Shown here in pieces: positions 1 to 12,297 of a stretch of 64,000 nucleotides of DNA. The notes beneath the pieces were generated by a model. It was not told the origin of the DNA. It ran no database searches and saw nothing but the letters and a program-made list of their open reading frames with translations. The DNA is from Azolla caroliniana (Eukaryota; Plantae; Polypodiophyta): contig JBHGNT010000077.1 of assembly GCA_043228905.1 (NCBI GenBank), positions 42,707-106,706 of the forward strand, given 5' to 3'. The position numbers and the translations under genes are program-made. How positions within the stretch are numbered: position 1 is the first letter of the stretch; each line of letters begins with the position of its first letter.

Positions 1-119
1 TTCCAGCACCTCGAATATATTTTTACAATTACTCAAGCCATCTCGAAATCATTCCACCACATGCGTTAAAATATGCAATGATCATGGAGTTTTTTTTTCT
101 GTTACAATCTCGATAACAT

Positions 120-122
<3 letters not shown>

Positions 123-151
<29 letters not shown>
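123..151. repeat. (CT)n microsatellite
   Basis: Perfect CT dinucleotide run. Confidence 0.95.
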
Positions 152-154
<3 letters not shown>

Positions 155-469
155 CGCCAAACATGTGGAATGTATGTTATGAGTCTTAATGAGGATAAAT
201 GAAACCAAAGTGATACCCCACATGTAATTCAGTAATGTGGTGGTGCAACCGAAGTGATACCTCACTTCGTGCAAATAATGAGATAAAGAAAACTCAAGTA
301 CATAATAAAAGTCACGAATATGCCCGATAATAGATCACCTTGACATGCTTGGAACATTGGCTGAATGGCAAAAAAATGCAGATGCAAGCAAAATCCTATC
401 ATTTCGCAAGGAACATTGAATGCTCCCACAGAGTTCTTATTTACGTACTATTATATAGAGTTTAATATA

Positions 470-782
470 GGGAAAAGTACCAGGATACCTCTGGAAGTTC
501 TTCTATTTACCAGAATGCCCCTGGAAGTTCCAAATTTACCAAACTACCCCTATGTCCAAAAAATTACACTTTATAAAGTAATTATACACTCAAATCTACA
601 AGCCCTATTTATCAAAGATGGACGAAATGGACCCGAACTAGCCCTATTTACCAAAGATTTGAGTGTATACTTACTTTATAAAGTGTATTTTTTTGGATAT
701 AGGGGTAATTTGGTAAATTTGGAACTTCCAGAGGCATTCTGGTAAATAGACGAACTTCCAGGGGTATCCTGGTACTTTTCCC
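470..782. mobile_element. Foldback MITE with ~128-bp terminal inverted repeats (Mutator-like)
   Basis: 470-597 (GGGAAAAGTACCAGGATACC...ACTCAAATCT) is a near-perfect reverse complement of ~656-782. The short spacer has two AGCCCTATTTAYCAAAGAT copies. No clean TSD seen. Confidence 0.8.
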
Positions 783-1401
783 TTATATGGTAGTTTGATA
801 GTTTCCTTGTTTGGAGGGGGTTGCACAATCCATGTATCGAGAGGAGCTCCATGCATTGAGAGTCAAACATGTTCCATTTCTAAACCCATTACTGATCAAT
901 ATGAATAACATATTGCAAACAAATCTTTCTATTCCATGGAGAGTCTTCAATTGGATAATCAATCATCCATGCGCTGGGCCATGAGTGAACATAACGCAGC
1001 AACTCACTATTGGTCAACTTTGTGAAGGACATTTTCATGATAAATAGAGAACCATTTACTTTACATGATGTTTATATATAAAGCATGAACACTACTACCT
1101 AATTGTGTCAGTAATATACAAAAAACTTAATGATTGGTATAGAAGAAAGCAATTACCTTCTCTGAAAGGGCAACTCTAGACTCTCAATGTATTTTCACAT
1201 TAGATGTTCTAACCTATAATTGAAGCCATATACTTCACATCAGTGCACATTAGCGTCAAACCTTCATTTTTACGATTCTCACCTATAACCCTTCATGTTC
1301 AACTTTTCATCTGTAACAAAAAAATGGTCAAAACAAAAAATCAAAGAGAACATTATAAGTATTACACCAGACAATTGGGAATGATTCCACACAACCCCTG
1401 G

Positions 1402-4400
1402 TCATCTTGACCGAGATGCTGAGACCCGCGACGCTGAAAACCAGTGATCATAAACAACTCTTTTCCTTCCCCATTTCCACCAAATTGGTCCTCCAGCAAC
1501 ATGTTTGCGAGCATGCTTTCCTACAATAAAGAAACCATTTATGATTGTTAAATGCTTATGATAGTGACACCCTTCAGAAGAAGCCGATGCTTTATGAGTA
1601 AAGGTTTATCAAACCACCTTGCATCCTTTAGTCCACCATTCACTTGTTTGCAATAGATTTTTCCAACAAATTGGCCCCCAAAAACTTTGTTCAACCATTG
1701 TTGACTGATAAACACGCATGCACAGTTTTCTAAGATGCCTAGGAACTAGTCATAAAATCACAAGAATTTTCATGTAGCTGAGTACTCAGTTCGTCAAAAC
1801 CTCAAGTAACAAAGATTCTCTATGTCGATTCCAAAAGATAAAGGTATCAATGAAGATTGAAAAAATTACCCATAGATTAAGGTCATTGATAGATGCATAA
1901 ACACACTGTCTAAAATGATGCATAAATATAATCTTTTTTCATCACTAGAGGCATCCTTTCTAAAGGTTGAAATCATAACTAGAAAATATCTGCTACATTT
2001 GGAGAGCACTAAAAGAATCAACCATTTACCTTTTACTCTAGATCTGAATTGGGACCTCATTGTCATTATTGATACAGGATCTATCTTCCAATATTGTTGT
2101 TGAATATGGCAAACCTCCATAACGGCAGCTAGACCCGCAATAGTAGGCTCACAAATTAGTGGAAGAGGACCAGGAGATTCACCCAAAAGCACCTGAAAGA
2201 AGCGGGTTCAATCCAACTGGTTAGAATTTCTGACCATTTCAAATTAGCTCTACTTCTGAAACAAGAGGAAATATTGGATTGGTAGTACTATAGACAAATC
2301 ATTCCAGCATTCAGCATTAATAAACTCCATCCTCTACAACTGTCTTAAAATTTATCAAGATGTTATGTTACTATTTCTTCCACATTACCTTCAAAACAGC
2401 AGCACTTGATGCAGATATCGAACGTAAATTGTACCTGTATCGAAAAAAATTAGCTTCTAAATCGGATATTATTAGAAATCTATAAAAGAAAATTAAGGTT
2501 GCCCCCTAACAGAGAACTTTGCAGGGTCAAAATGGCTTACCCCCCTTCCAAGACTACTAGCAATTTTCCTTGTACAAGTGAATATAACATTTGTGTCATG
2601 TGAGCATATCCCTCTGGTGACACCTGCCGAAAGATAAATTGTGACTTTAAATTTGATGTCCTATAAGTCACTGAGGAATTCCCAGAACGTGTTCTGCATT
2701 TTATTTTTACATTTGGAAGAAAGGTTAACAAAATAAATGGAATTCAGACCTTGCAACCACCTAAAGGATCCCCTTTTGCAGCATCAAATCCTGCTGAAAT
2801 AATTATCAGTTCTGGAGCAAACTGTGTGGCTGCATAATAACAAAAATATGCTTATATACTCGAATTACCTTTGAGCTAAAATTAATGTACAAGCTTGAAC
2901 ACAGTCATCTTATCAGTTTACTTGGAACAGGAGATATTAACATTGCATTATAGACTTTTGCTGCAAGAAACACAAGGTGGCTATAGATTTTGAGGGAGAA
3001 TCATTCTCCTATGCGAATTTTCTATATGTACAGAAGGACCCTATCACATGTTATATCCAGCTGTCAGGTCAGCGTTATGAATAATACATCAACACAAGAA
3101 TCATATGAAGAAAAGTATATGATACCTATAGGAACCACTACATGCTGGAAAGCGAAAAAATAATCTTCATCACCAATCCCGCCACAAGGCCAAGGTATAT
3201 TTACTGAAAATCCTGCTCCACCATTAATGCCAATCTGAAAAATAGAGAATCAATTTTAACAATTCAAGACAGGTTTGTAAAATAAACTATAATCCTAAAA
3301 TATCGTATTTATTAGTATATTTATATTAGGCCTACTTTTTCCAGAGGAACACCTCAGCAACAGAATTAGAACAAAAAAGATATGGCATGACGTGAATAAG
3401 ATGAAACTTGTCTCTTCATAGTGTATTTTGAAATGTGTGACAGTAATACAGTTAATGTATAACTCATGAAACTCTGCAATATCTATTTATTAATGCATAC
3501 ATGTATGTAAACACGAGGTATACAGGAAGATACATAGTTACAATATGTAGTTAATAGGCAGGTATGTTGATAGGTGTATGCTCAGCTGGAAGTACAAGTG
3601 GTTCCTAGACCAAAGGCAGCAAGCATTCGAACAGAATGTTGAGCCAATGTGCAAGGATGTGTGCATTGAATCATTTTTTTACCTTACAAAATCAATTGTT
3701 AGGTTAGGCCCTTGGAACAGAACACGGTCAGTCATAAGTGACAAAGCCATTAAATTTCTTTAAGGAGGTGACAAACCAATCTAAATTGATGAGTTTCGAT
3801 CTAATGGAGAGTTTTAGAGTGCTAGAATCTGCAAATGCCATAGCTAATTTGCTCTCTTTCCCAGTACGCCCAAGGAGGGTACCTTAGAAGCTCTAAGCAT
3901 AGAAAGCACAATTTGGATATGGTGGAATTGAACAATGTAAAAGGAATTTCACAGTTTCACCCAAAATATGTGAAAAAAGGAGCCTCAAGTATTTAAATTG
4001 TTACACTAAACCACAACATACATAACTATATAATAACATATTGCTTGAAGAGGCTGAGATTATTAACACCAAAATGACACATAAGAACAAAGTATGCCCA
4101 TACTACCCTATTTTGCATTGGAACCATGAAAGGAGCCTCCTCGAGTATTTAAATTGTTACACTAAACCACAACATACATAACTATAACAACATATTGCTT
4201 AAAGAGTCTGAGATTATTAACACCAAAATGACACATAAGAACAAAGTATGCCCATACTACCCTATTTTGCATTGGACCACGACAAAACTGCATAAAAATC
4301 CTTACTATGATTTTTTCAATTGTCACATTCGTTTAGATTTAATTCAGCCCACATGCAACAGGTTCAGTGATGGGGAACTAAACAATATCGATGTGGTAAA

Positions 4401-7400
4401 GTTGCATATTTTACCACTAAACCACACTTAGTTCGAAAATATACATATAATTTATATTAATCATAAATGATCCCGCATAGTCAGGATTCTCATGATTACT
4501 TAATGCACTGAACCTATTTTATTTCTAATATGCAGAGCAAGGAGGGATAATGAGCATATCACACCCAATTAAGTCAAAACATGATAATTCCATAACACAA
4601 TTAAAATTCCAATTTTACAGATTGCATTTAAAATGAACATTTTATCAACTGTAGCACAGTCATCAAATCCTCACTTCCATAACAAAATATGCAGTGTGTA
4701 GAAAACTTGCAACATACAAAACAAACAATCTGACTCTTATGGCAGCATAATGAAAAGTATATTCTATAGCCTAAATTACAAATACCTTGAAAAGAATATT
4801 CTATAGCCTAAATTACGAAATACCTCAGTTGCACCTCCTGTACCAGGATAAAAGCGCCCTCCTTCGTACCTATGTAAAGAAATGTATAGTACCTACGAGA
4901 GCAGTGTAGAATTAAACTACATAGGTGAACGGATTTCTCTTTAAATTATAAATAAGCAACACCACATACAGATGAATCATGGTCAAATATTGCTTGAGTT
5001 CCATTTCCATGGTGCACATCCTACAGAAAATAATAATAAGTTATAGTGGGATTTCCACAAAAGTGTTTACAGCATCATTTTGTTTTCATGCTTACCCAGT
5101 CCAGAATCATAATTTTCTTAGCACCAGCTGCCAATGCAGCTTTGGCAGCAACTGCTGCATTATTGTGAAGACAGAATCCCATTACAGTGGAATCCAATGC
5201 ATGATGGCCTGGTGGTCTCACCTAATACAAAAGGTATCTAATTGTCAACGTTGATTTATCAATAGCCATGACTAAACCCATTATTGCATAACCAAGTTCA
5301 AGATGTAACCAAAGCAAATCCATTGCTGATTTGTCCTTTCAAAATTGCAGTGGCGAGATCAATACATAAGCCTGCTGCAAGTCTGGCTGCTAAAGCAGAA
5401 TGACAGTTTGCATATGTGTCTGCAGTGAAAAGACTGAGATAAAGAGTTTAAAAATAAAACAAGAAATAACCATATTAGTAAGGTACCTAAATAAATAAAT
5501 AATGGCCTTCCAAACCCGCCACGGTGTAAACAGATAATCACCTTGCATCATGAGCTGAAGTTGATTCAACTGCATCTATATGATCTTGAGTGTGAACCTA
5601 TTATGTATCCAAGAAACAATGAAAAAGATTGCATGAAATGTTTCCAATATGGAACCAATGGGACAATACCTTTTCGAAAATGTTGCCTCTTAAAATAAGG
5701 AAATGCTGGGGGTAGGATATGCTCAAAAATAAATTAGTTTATAGATAAATACACATATTTAAATAACAAAGAACATCATTTACATTCAAAATGCAGACAG
5801 AAGATAGGGTAATTGAAATTCTTGATTACTTAGGTCATATAGATTGGAAATTTCTAAAATAAGACAGTTTTTCTTTATTTTACAAATGCCCCTTGGTTTT
5901 TGTTATTTTCCTCAATGCTCTTGATCTATCCTCAAAAGAGAAAATATGCATACTGTTTGAAATATTGAATAGTAATTCATCTCTCTTTGTGTTAGTTGAG
6001 CAATTACATTCTAATTTCATTCCCTTCTTCACTTTCAAAGGTTCACATAGGGATTCAGAGAAATAATGAAAATCCAGAGACATTTCAAACTTTTCCCCTT
6101 TATAGATTTGTAGATGGCAGATTTTAGATGTTTATTAATTTATTACTATGACAAATACCAGTTTTCAACTAGGTTTTTATTAATTAAGCGGTTCATTTGC
6201 CTTTCAGGATCATTCCTGAAATGTCTACCTCTACTGGAAATGCAGAAACTGTGTTTTCAACAGCAGGGGAACTGTTTTCTGCAACTTATACAAGATTCAT
6301 AACTATTTATAGAATATATAATTCACTATCATTCATAGAGAAACATATTGCACTGCACTCACCATTTCCATTTCTGCATGAGTAGCCTCTCTTGCTGGGA
6401 CTGGACAACACCGCCCAGGGTATAAACCTAACAGTATTGCATATAATACAAACAACTTTATTTTTGGTATCACTTCCTTTTGGCCTTGGAATGTTTGCTT
6501 TATTTTCTATGTAGCTTACCTGCAGCTTCTAGCCCTCCCATTATGGCACGAAGCCGATCTGGCCTTTCTGGATGAGGATTAGGTTTCATTGTCACCTGCA
6601 AATTTGATAAATAAATAAAATGTAATTCAAATGCATGGAAAATCGCCACTTTTGCTGGTATGTATAATAATGCATTAGCAACCTCAAAATGAAGAAGCAT
6701 TCTCTCATCAAAACCTATTGCTGTTGATGTTCCATCTGTTCAGATGGGATAAGAGAAATCACTGAGTTACAGTTAGCATAAACCCCAAGATGATGATAGA
6801 ACTTAATGAGAGAAGATACCTGGGTCGGTGTACACTCTCTTCTCAACCTTGATATCATCATCTTTTTCTGACAATACCATAGATGCTAAATATCCCTTCT
6901 TCAAAATACCTGATTCTCTGTGCTCTCCACAAAGCTTCAACAATTAAAAACCACGATATCAAAGCTATGTCTAAAAGGGTTCAAACACTAGTCTACCAGA
7001 AGTCAAAACCACATTGAGCATTGATACCTGAAAATGAAGCTTTTTTAAATATACATACTCTTATTATCGCTAACGGTTTCTTTTAGTAAGTTGAAAATAA
7101 AGAAGACTAGGTAACATTAAAAAAACAAAATTCCCAGGTAACTGAACTTCCGTGGAATCAGTACTAAAACAATTCCCTTTCTTGAATAAAGGGGACGTAA
7201 AGAAGGGGGTAGCAGGGCCGGTCCGCAAGGAATTGTTATTTCACCTCATTTAATGTCCGACCAATTTACTCTGAATCTCTTATGAACTTCATATACAAGT
7301 CTATCAAGTCTAGTGACACTATTTCAAGCACAAATAACTGTTAGGAAAGCGTGTTTTATAGTTACAGACTCTTATAGTCACTGACACCTAACAATGGAGC

Positions 7401-8084
7401 TTCTGTTTAAAGTCACGTATACTACACTCTCTTACTGCGTTATGCCACTCAACCCTTACTTGTCTACAATAAGCCAAAATCATTTCAAGCATACACATCT
7501 CACCAGACCTCCTTTTAAAGTTACACACACAGAATCTAATTTGTTCACAAATTTTACATCACTATAGATACCTGACAATGGATATTCTCCTCCGAGTTTG
7601 AACATGTGCAGTTTGTGCAGAACCACTGCAAACAAATTTGTTCTGAATCTTGGTTTGGATCCCAATCCTCATCATCCTCTGATTCATCTTCCCAATCTCC
7701 TTCATGTTCATACATAGCCTTGATATCTGAATTAATACTATGACCTCCAACAACAAGTTCCCCGGATCCATTATGCTTTACGAAGCTTTGTTGCACATGT
7801 TCCTGCCTGAAGTCTGGCTCAAAAGTGAACCCATTCTGGTCATCTGTGAGAACATTACTATCATCGGTTGAAGATATTTTGATATTATCATTGGTTGAAT
7901 ACATTTTGCTACTATCGTTGGTTGAGCATATTTTGCTACTATCATTAATCAAACACATTTTCCCAACATCGTTACTCGTACATGTTTTAGTTGAGCATGT
8001 TTTGCTCAATCGTTCTAGTCCAAAAGTTTCAAGCAGGATCTCTTTTGCATTCAGAGTGTCAGTATGGACCTCTTTTGTGTTCAT
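1402..8084 (-). CDS. HDA15: Class II RPD3/HDA1-family histone deacetylase, HDA15-like; 16 coding exons, ~615 aa
   Basis: Hand-spliced GT-AG exons with consistent phases: 8084-7572, 6934-6820, 6735-6683, 6595-6520, 6427-6363, 5597-5542, 5433-5310, 5221-5096, 5020-4970, 4892-4824, 3234-3126, 2829-2750, 2623-2541, 2434-2389, 2192-2030, 1520-1402 (1848 nt). Motifs: RanBP2 finger WFCTNC..N....[71 protein letters not shown], and C-terminal [10 protein letters not shown]. Confidence 0.93.
3976..4275. repeat. ~150-bp tandem duplication in an HDA15 intron
   Basis: AAAGGAGCCTC...TTGCATTGGA occurs at ~3976-4121 and ~4129-4275 with few differences. Confidence 0.9.
7855..8005 (-). repeat. Coding 27-bp (9-aa) degenerate tandem repeat in the HDA15 N-terminus
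   Basis: [45 protein letters not shown]. Confidence 0.85.
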
Positions 8085-9080
8085 AGTATGAATCAATTCA
8101 ATATATCGAGACCCAGTGTTCAGGATTTTTTCTTCCCAAATAGGCAGAGATTCCTCTCATGGAAGAAACAATAAAGCCTGAGAGAAAATGTAACAAAAGT
8201 AAAAAATTAACCATTACATTTAATCTCTTTATAAAAATCTGCATCCACAAGTTCCAAACAACACAACATGATAACATAGCACAAACTTACAAGTTTCTGT
8301 TAGCGACATATATATATATATTTCAGTTGGATTTTATTCCATTTGTAAATGTTTCTCAACAGGAAACAATAAGAGAATAACATACTTTATAAGATTCCTA
8401 TGGCAATTTGTTTCCAACCAACAAGTTGTAAATAATAAGAGATTACAAGAAGTTAACAAATATATTTCCATGGGATTTTTTATTTCTTTACAAACATTTT
8501 CGATGAGCAAGTTGAAAATAAATAGTAGATAAGTGGAGAATGGCAAAACAAAATTGTAGAAACTTCATATTTTTCAAAGGATTTTATTTTCAAAAAAATT
8601 TCCAATCAAAAATTTGAAAGTAAAAGGAAATAATGAGAAAGTACCACACAGCTACAATAATTTTGACACGCTCCTGTCAGATTTTGTTCCTCTTTAAAAA
8701 CAGGCAGTAAATTCAAAATAATAGGAAAGCACAAGAAAACGCCACAAATTTAAGAGAAAAATTACATATGTCTATTGGATTTTTCTCGTTTCACAAACAT
8801 TGCAACACTGCAACTTGAAATGACATGAAACAATCAGAAAATACAACAATCGAGGAACTTTGCAGAAACAGTATGCATATGGGAATTGCATTCTCCTTTT
8901 ACGAAAATAATTTCCAGCCAGAAACCTCATAAATTCAACATGAGTTAATAGAGAATGATCGACCCGTTTGGTTTGGTGCAGATCAGACCAAAACAGAGCA
9001 CAATAAACTAAAGGGAACAAAAGGCGGCTTTACAAAAATACGAGAATAAAAGCGAGAAAATAACAAAGCAACTGACATAC

Positions 9081-9210
9081 GAGGAGGATGAGGAGGAGGA
9101 AGAAGAAGAAGAAGAAGAAGAAGCGAATACCCGTGCTTGCAATCGTAATCGTTTCTCCTCGCACAGAAAACTCAAACGCTCGGAGACAGCTGTGAGACTT
9201 CCATTTATAG
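9081..9210 (-). promoter_or_regulatory. Putative HDA15 TATA box and non-coding first exon
   Basis: CTATAAAT at 9210-9203 on the minus strand, a (TTC)n/(TCC)n leader, donor GTATGT after 9081, and acceptor TTTTCTCTCAG before 8177. Confidence 0.55.
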
Positions 9211-9934
9211 GCGTGAAGAAATCGTCTGTACAGAGACGCACAGATAGACAAAAAGAGACGGAGAGAACCCCCGGGGGGGAGGGACAAAATACCTCCCTAA
9301 TTTTCGATATTTACGAGAATAGCCCTCCCCTCCCCTCCTCTCTTCTTCTTTTCGTTGTTGTGTGGTGGTGGTGCGTTTGGTCACATTTTTCTCCAAATGT
9401 TTCGAGACTTAGGGGTCCTCCCCTCTCTTTTTTTGAGTTCCCCAAGGGGGGGGTGTCAACAATGATCGATGCTCTCCTAATCAATCGCTCAAATCCCACG
9501 AATGAATTGGAGGTTCAATTTTCAGTAGATCTCATATGAATAATTAACCTCATCTGTCTCCTCCCAAAGAGTAATCTGATCTCTAAGATCCAATGTAGTA
9601 AAATCGCAAAAGGAGTACAATCTGCTACCATTTCTTAGATGATATCCATCTTCAAGTAGGATGTTGATAAGCACATCAAACTACTCTTGTGCATGAAAGC
9701 CTTCACAACCTAGACCCATCTAGGGATCGGCAACGGCTCGGCTCAAGCCTAAACCGTTTGGCTTAGCCGTCTTAAAGCGGCTTAGCGGCTCGGCTCGGTT
9801 TAGGCTTGAACTTGCCTTAACGGTTTGAGCTCGGCTCGGCTTGGCTTGAGCCTCGCCAAACCGGCTAAGCCGTTTATAAACTTTAGAGAGTGGGAGAGAA
9901 AGAAAGAGAGAGAGGGAAATAGACAACAGACAAG

Positions 9935-9987
<53 letters not shown>

Positions 9988-10020
9988 TACACAGAGGGGA
10001 GAGAGAGAGAGAGAGAGAGA

Positions 10021-10619
10021 ATTCCATAATATCTAGTTAACCTCTGAACATTTGCAACAAATACTTCCCACGCTCATACCCATAAATTTAACACGATAGG
10101 CAAATGCATCAATCAATTAACACATATAGGCATGGAAGATCTCATGATCCAAAAATGATGAATTAAAAATCAACGGTGGTTTTCCTAAAAACTCATGAAA
10201 ACCTCTAATTGAGTGGTGATTGAACTCAAAAATTAATGGGAAATGATCTGATATAATTGACCCATAAGACACTGAAATATCCAAAATCTCTGGTAAAAAA
10301 CCTTCGGTATCCTAATATGCGAAATGCCTTCATTTTTTATTCACAAGTTGGGGTGAGAAAATATGTTCTTAAGTTAAAAGGACTTCTTTTGTGGCAATTG
10401 ACAGTGCTAGAGAAGTCACAAAATCTCAACCAAGAAGAGAGAGAACTCTGCAAGGTCACATATCATCATATTTGCCATATGAATTGGTGTGTAGGGTGGC
10501 ATTGAGTTTGGTGTCATAGTTTTCTTTAGATCCCTAGATAGAAGGGGTTCTATAGTTTGTTGTAAGTTAGTCATGGTGGTGTTTTTTCTTTCGTAATGAA
10601 AGCCATTATTTACGAAAAA
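10021..10619 (+). mobile_element. 5'-inverted, internally deleted copy of the LINE-a family
   Basis: 10021-10310 is the reverse complement of 12906-13197. 10314-10619 matches 43729-44036 including the A-tail. Flanked by a duplicated (GA)n-ACTACAYAGAGGGG-(GA)n. Confidence 0.9.
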
Positions 10620-10941
10620 GAGAGAGAGAGAGAGAGAGAGACTACATAGAGGGGTGGAGAGAGAGAGAGAAAGAAAACGCAAAGTTCGGAGATGTTGGAG
10701 AAGGGCAAACACTAATTTTGATGTATCTTCTTGTTACGGTGTCCGTTTCCTTTGTTCTTTAGCTCATTTCGAAGCTTGCACATAGAGCTTTCTAAATAGT
10801 ATCTGCACATATCATTTGGAGGTCTTGGTAGAACGTTACGAGTAAAAATTCCATTCGATTGCATGCATCTCATGATCGTTGGCTTTGATTCCTTCTCCAA
10901 CACAATTACTTGTAAGTGAACTCTCTCCTATTTCTTGTCAT

Positions 10942-12297
10942 ATGGATGGTAGTGTTTTAATGAATATGGATGAGTCTCCAAAATCTTCAAAGGATGCATG
11001 CATGGTTGAGTCAGTATCAAGCCCAAGAGGGGATGGTAAAAGAAAACAATGTATTGGAGATAATAGTAATGACATGTCTTATGTTGATGCAATGCAACAA
11101 GATGATATTGAGAAAGATGATAGTCATTGGGAACATTTAAGATGCATGGCAAATATATTAATGGAAGATTGTATAAGGGAGAATGTGAAAGTTGCTGAGG
11201 AGTTTGTTGACGATGAAGTGGCTAAGGTAGAAATAGACAATAAGGAGTTTTTGGGTTCATTTGCTAATTTTTGTGATAAAGGGGTCATATTGTTTTTCAC
11301 GGGAAAGATACCTTTCCTTTGGAGGGTCAAACAATGGTTACGTGGGATTTTACAAGTTGATTGTGTTCAGGATGTTTATGTTGGTCCTCGTGGATTTTAT
11401 GAGGTTGTTTTGGTATCACAAGAGTATAAAGAGAAATTACTCAATAAATTGCCAGTTTTTTATGAGAAAAGTTTGGTTCATATTGTTCTGTGGAGACCAT
11501 TAGTGGAATACCAAGATATATTAAAGCAAGAGTGTCCCGTATGGGTTGAGGTAGAGTGCACATATTCAATGGTTTGGCCAATATTACGGTCAACGATGGA
11601 AAAGTTGGGAAAGATCTTGGTGCCTCCTAGTGCTAATGCTCAAAATTGATATCGGATGTGTATTCTTTGGAATACTGCTATAAAGAGGCCAAGTTGTTTA
11701 CAAATTGCATGTTCTGGTATGCCGCCTATGTATTTTCGGCTTAAATGGGGTACATTTGTAGGACATTGTTTCCATTGTGGTGTGTTGGGGCATTTTATGG
11801 CTGAATGTCCTCAAAAAAGAAATAATGTAGTGGAAGTGGTACATGAAGAGCCTACAACTCATGATCAGATTCAAGATTTGACAATTTCAGAGCAAACAAT
11901 GGAACCACAAATTGTGAATGAGAAGGATGGAAAGACTCTAGAGGATGAAGGACAATGGTCAATAGTTTCTGGAAAGATGAAGAAGTCTAATAAAAATGTT
12001 GGGCATAATGTATCTATGGAGAAGGTCACACTGACACATCCCATGCGGAATAAACCATGGGCTTGTCAAGAGGACTATCCAAAGAAATTATATTTTGATA
12101 ATAAAGGTAATTTGTATGTTCCTTGGAATAAACGGAAATCGGTGCCTCGTTCACATGAGGAGCCATCGGGGTCTGGAGTTTTGCATTCCCATAGTAATTC
12201 ATATGCAATCTTAGGGGATTTATTTCAAGATATGGCAGAAACATTAGCAGTGAAGGAGAAGGAGATTTCTCGAATAAAAGGAAAAAATAAAGTATGA
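10942..12297 (+). pseudogene. LINE-a ORF1 (DUF4283-like region plus CCHC zinc knuckle), one in-frame stop
   Basis: ORFs 10879..11649 and 11656..12297 share a frame and are separated by TGA. Motifs PVWVE and CFHCGVLGHFMAEC. Confidence 0.85.

Noticed and set aside
365-870. ORFs 365..745, 671..856 and 676..870 as genes
   Set aside because: They derive from the palindromic MITE and lack domains or splice support.
7165-7240. Tiny inverted repeat AACAATTCC...GGAATTGTT in an HDA15 intron as a MITE
   Set aside because: Only ~9-bp arms and no clear TSD; compatible with chance.
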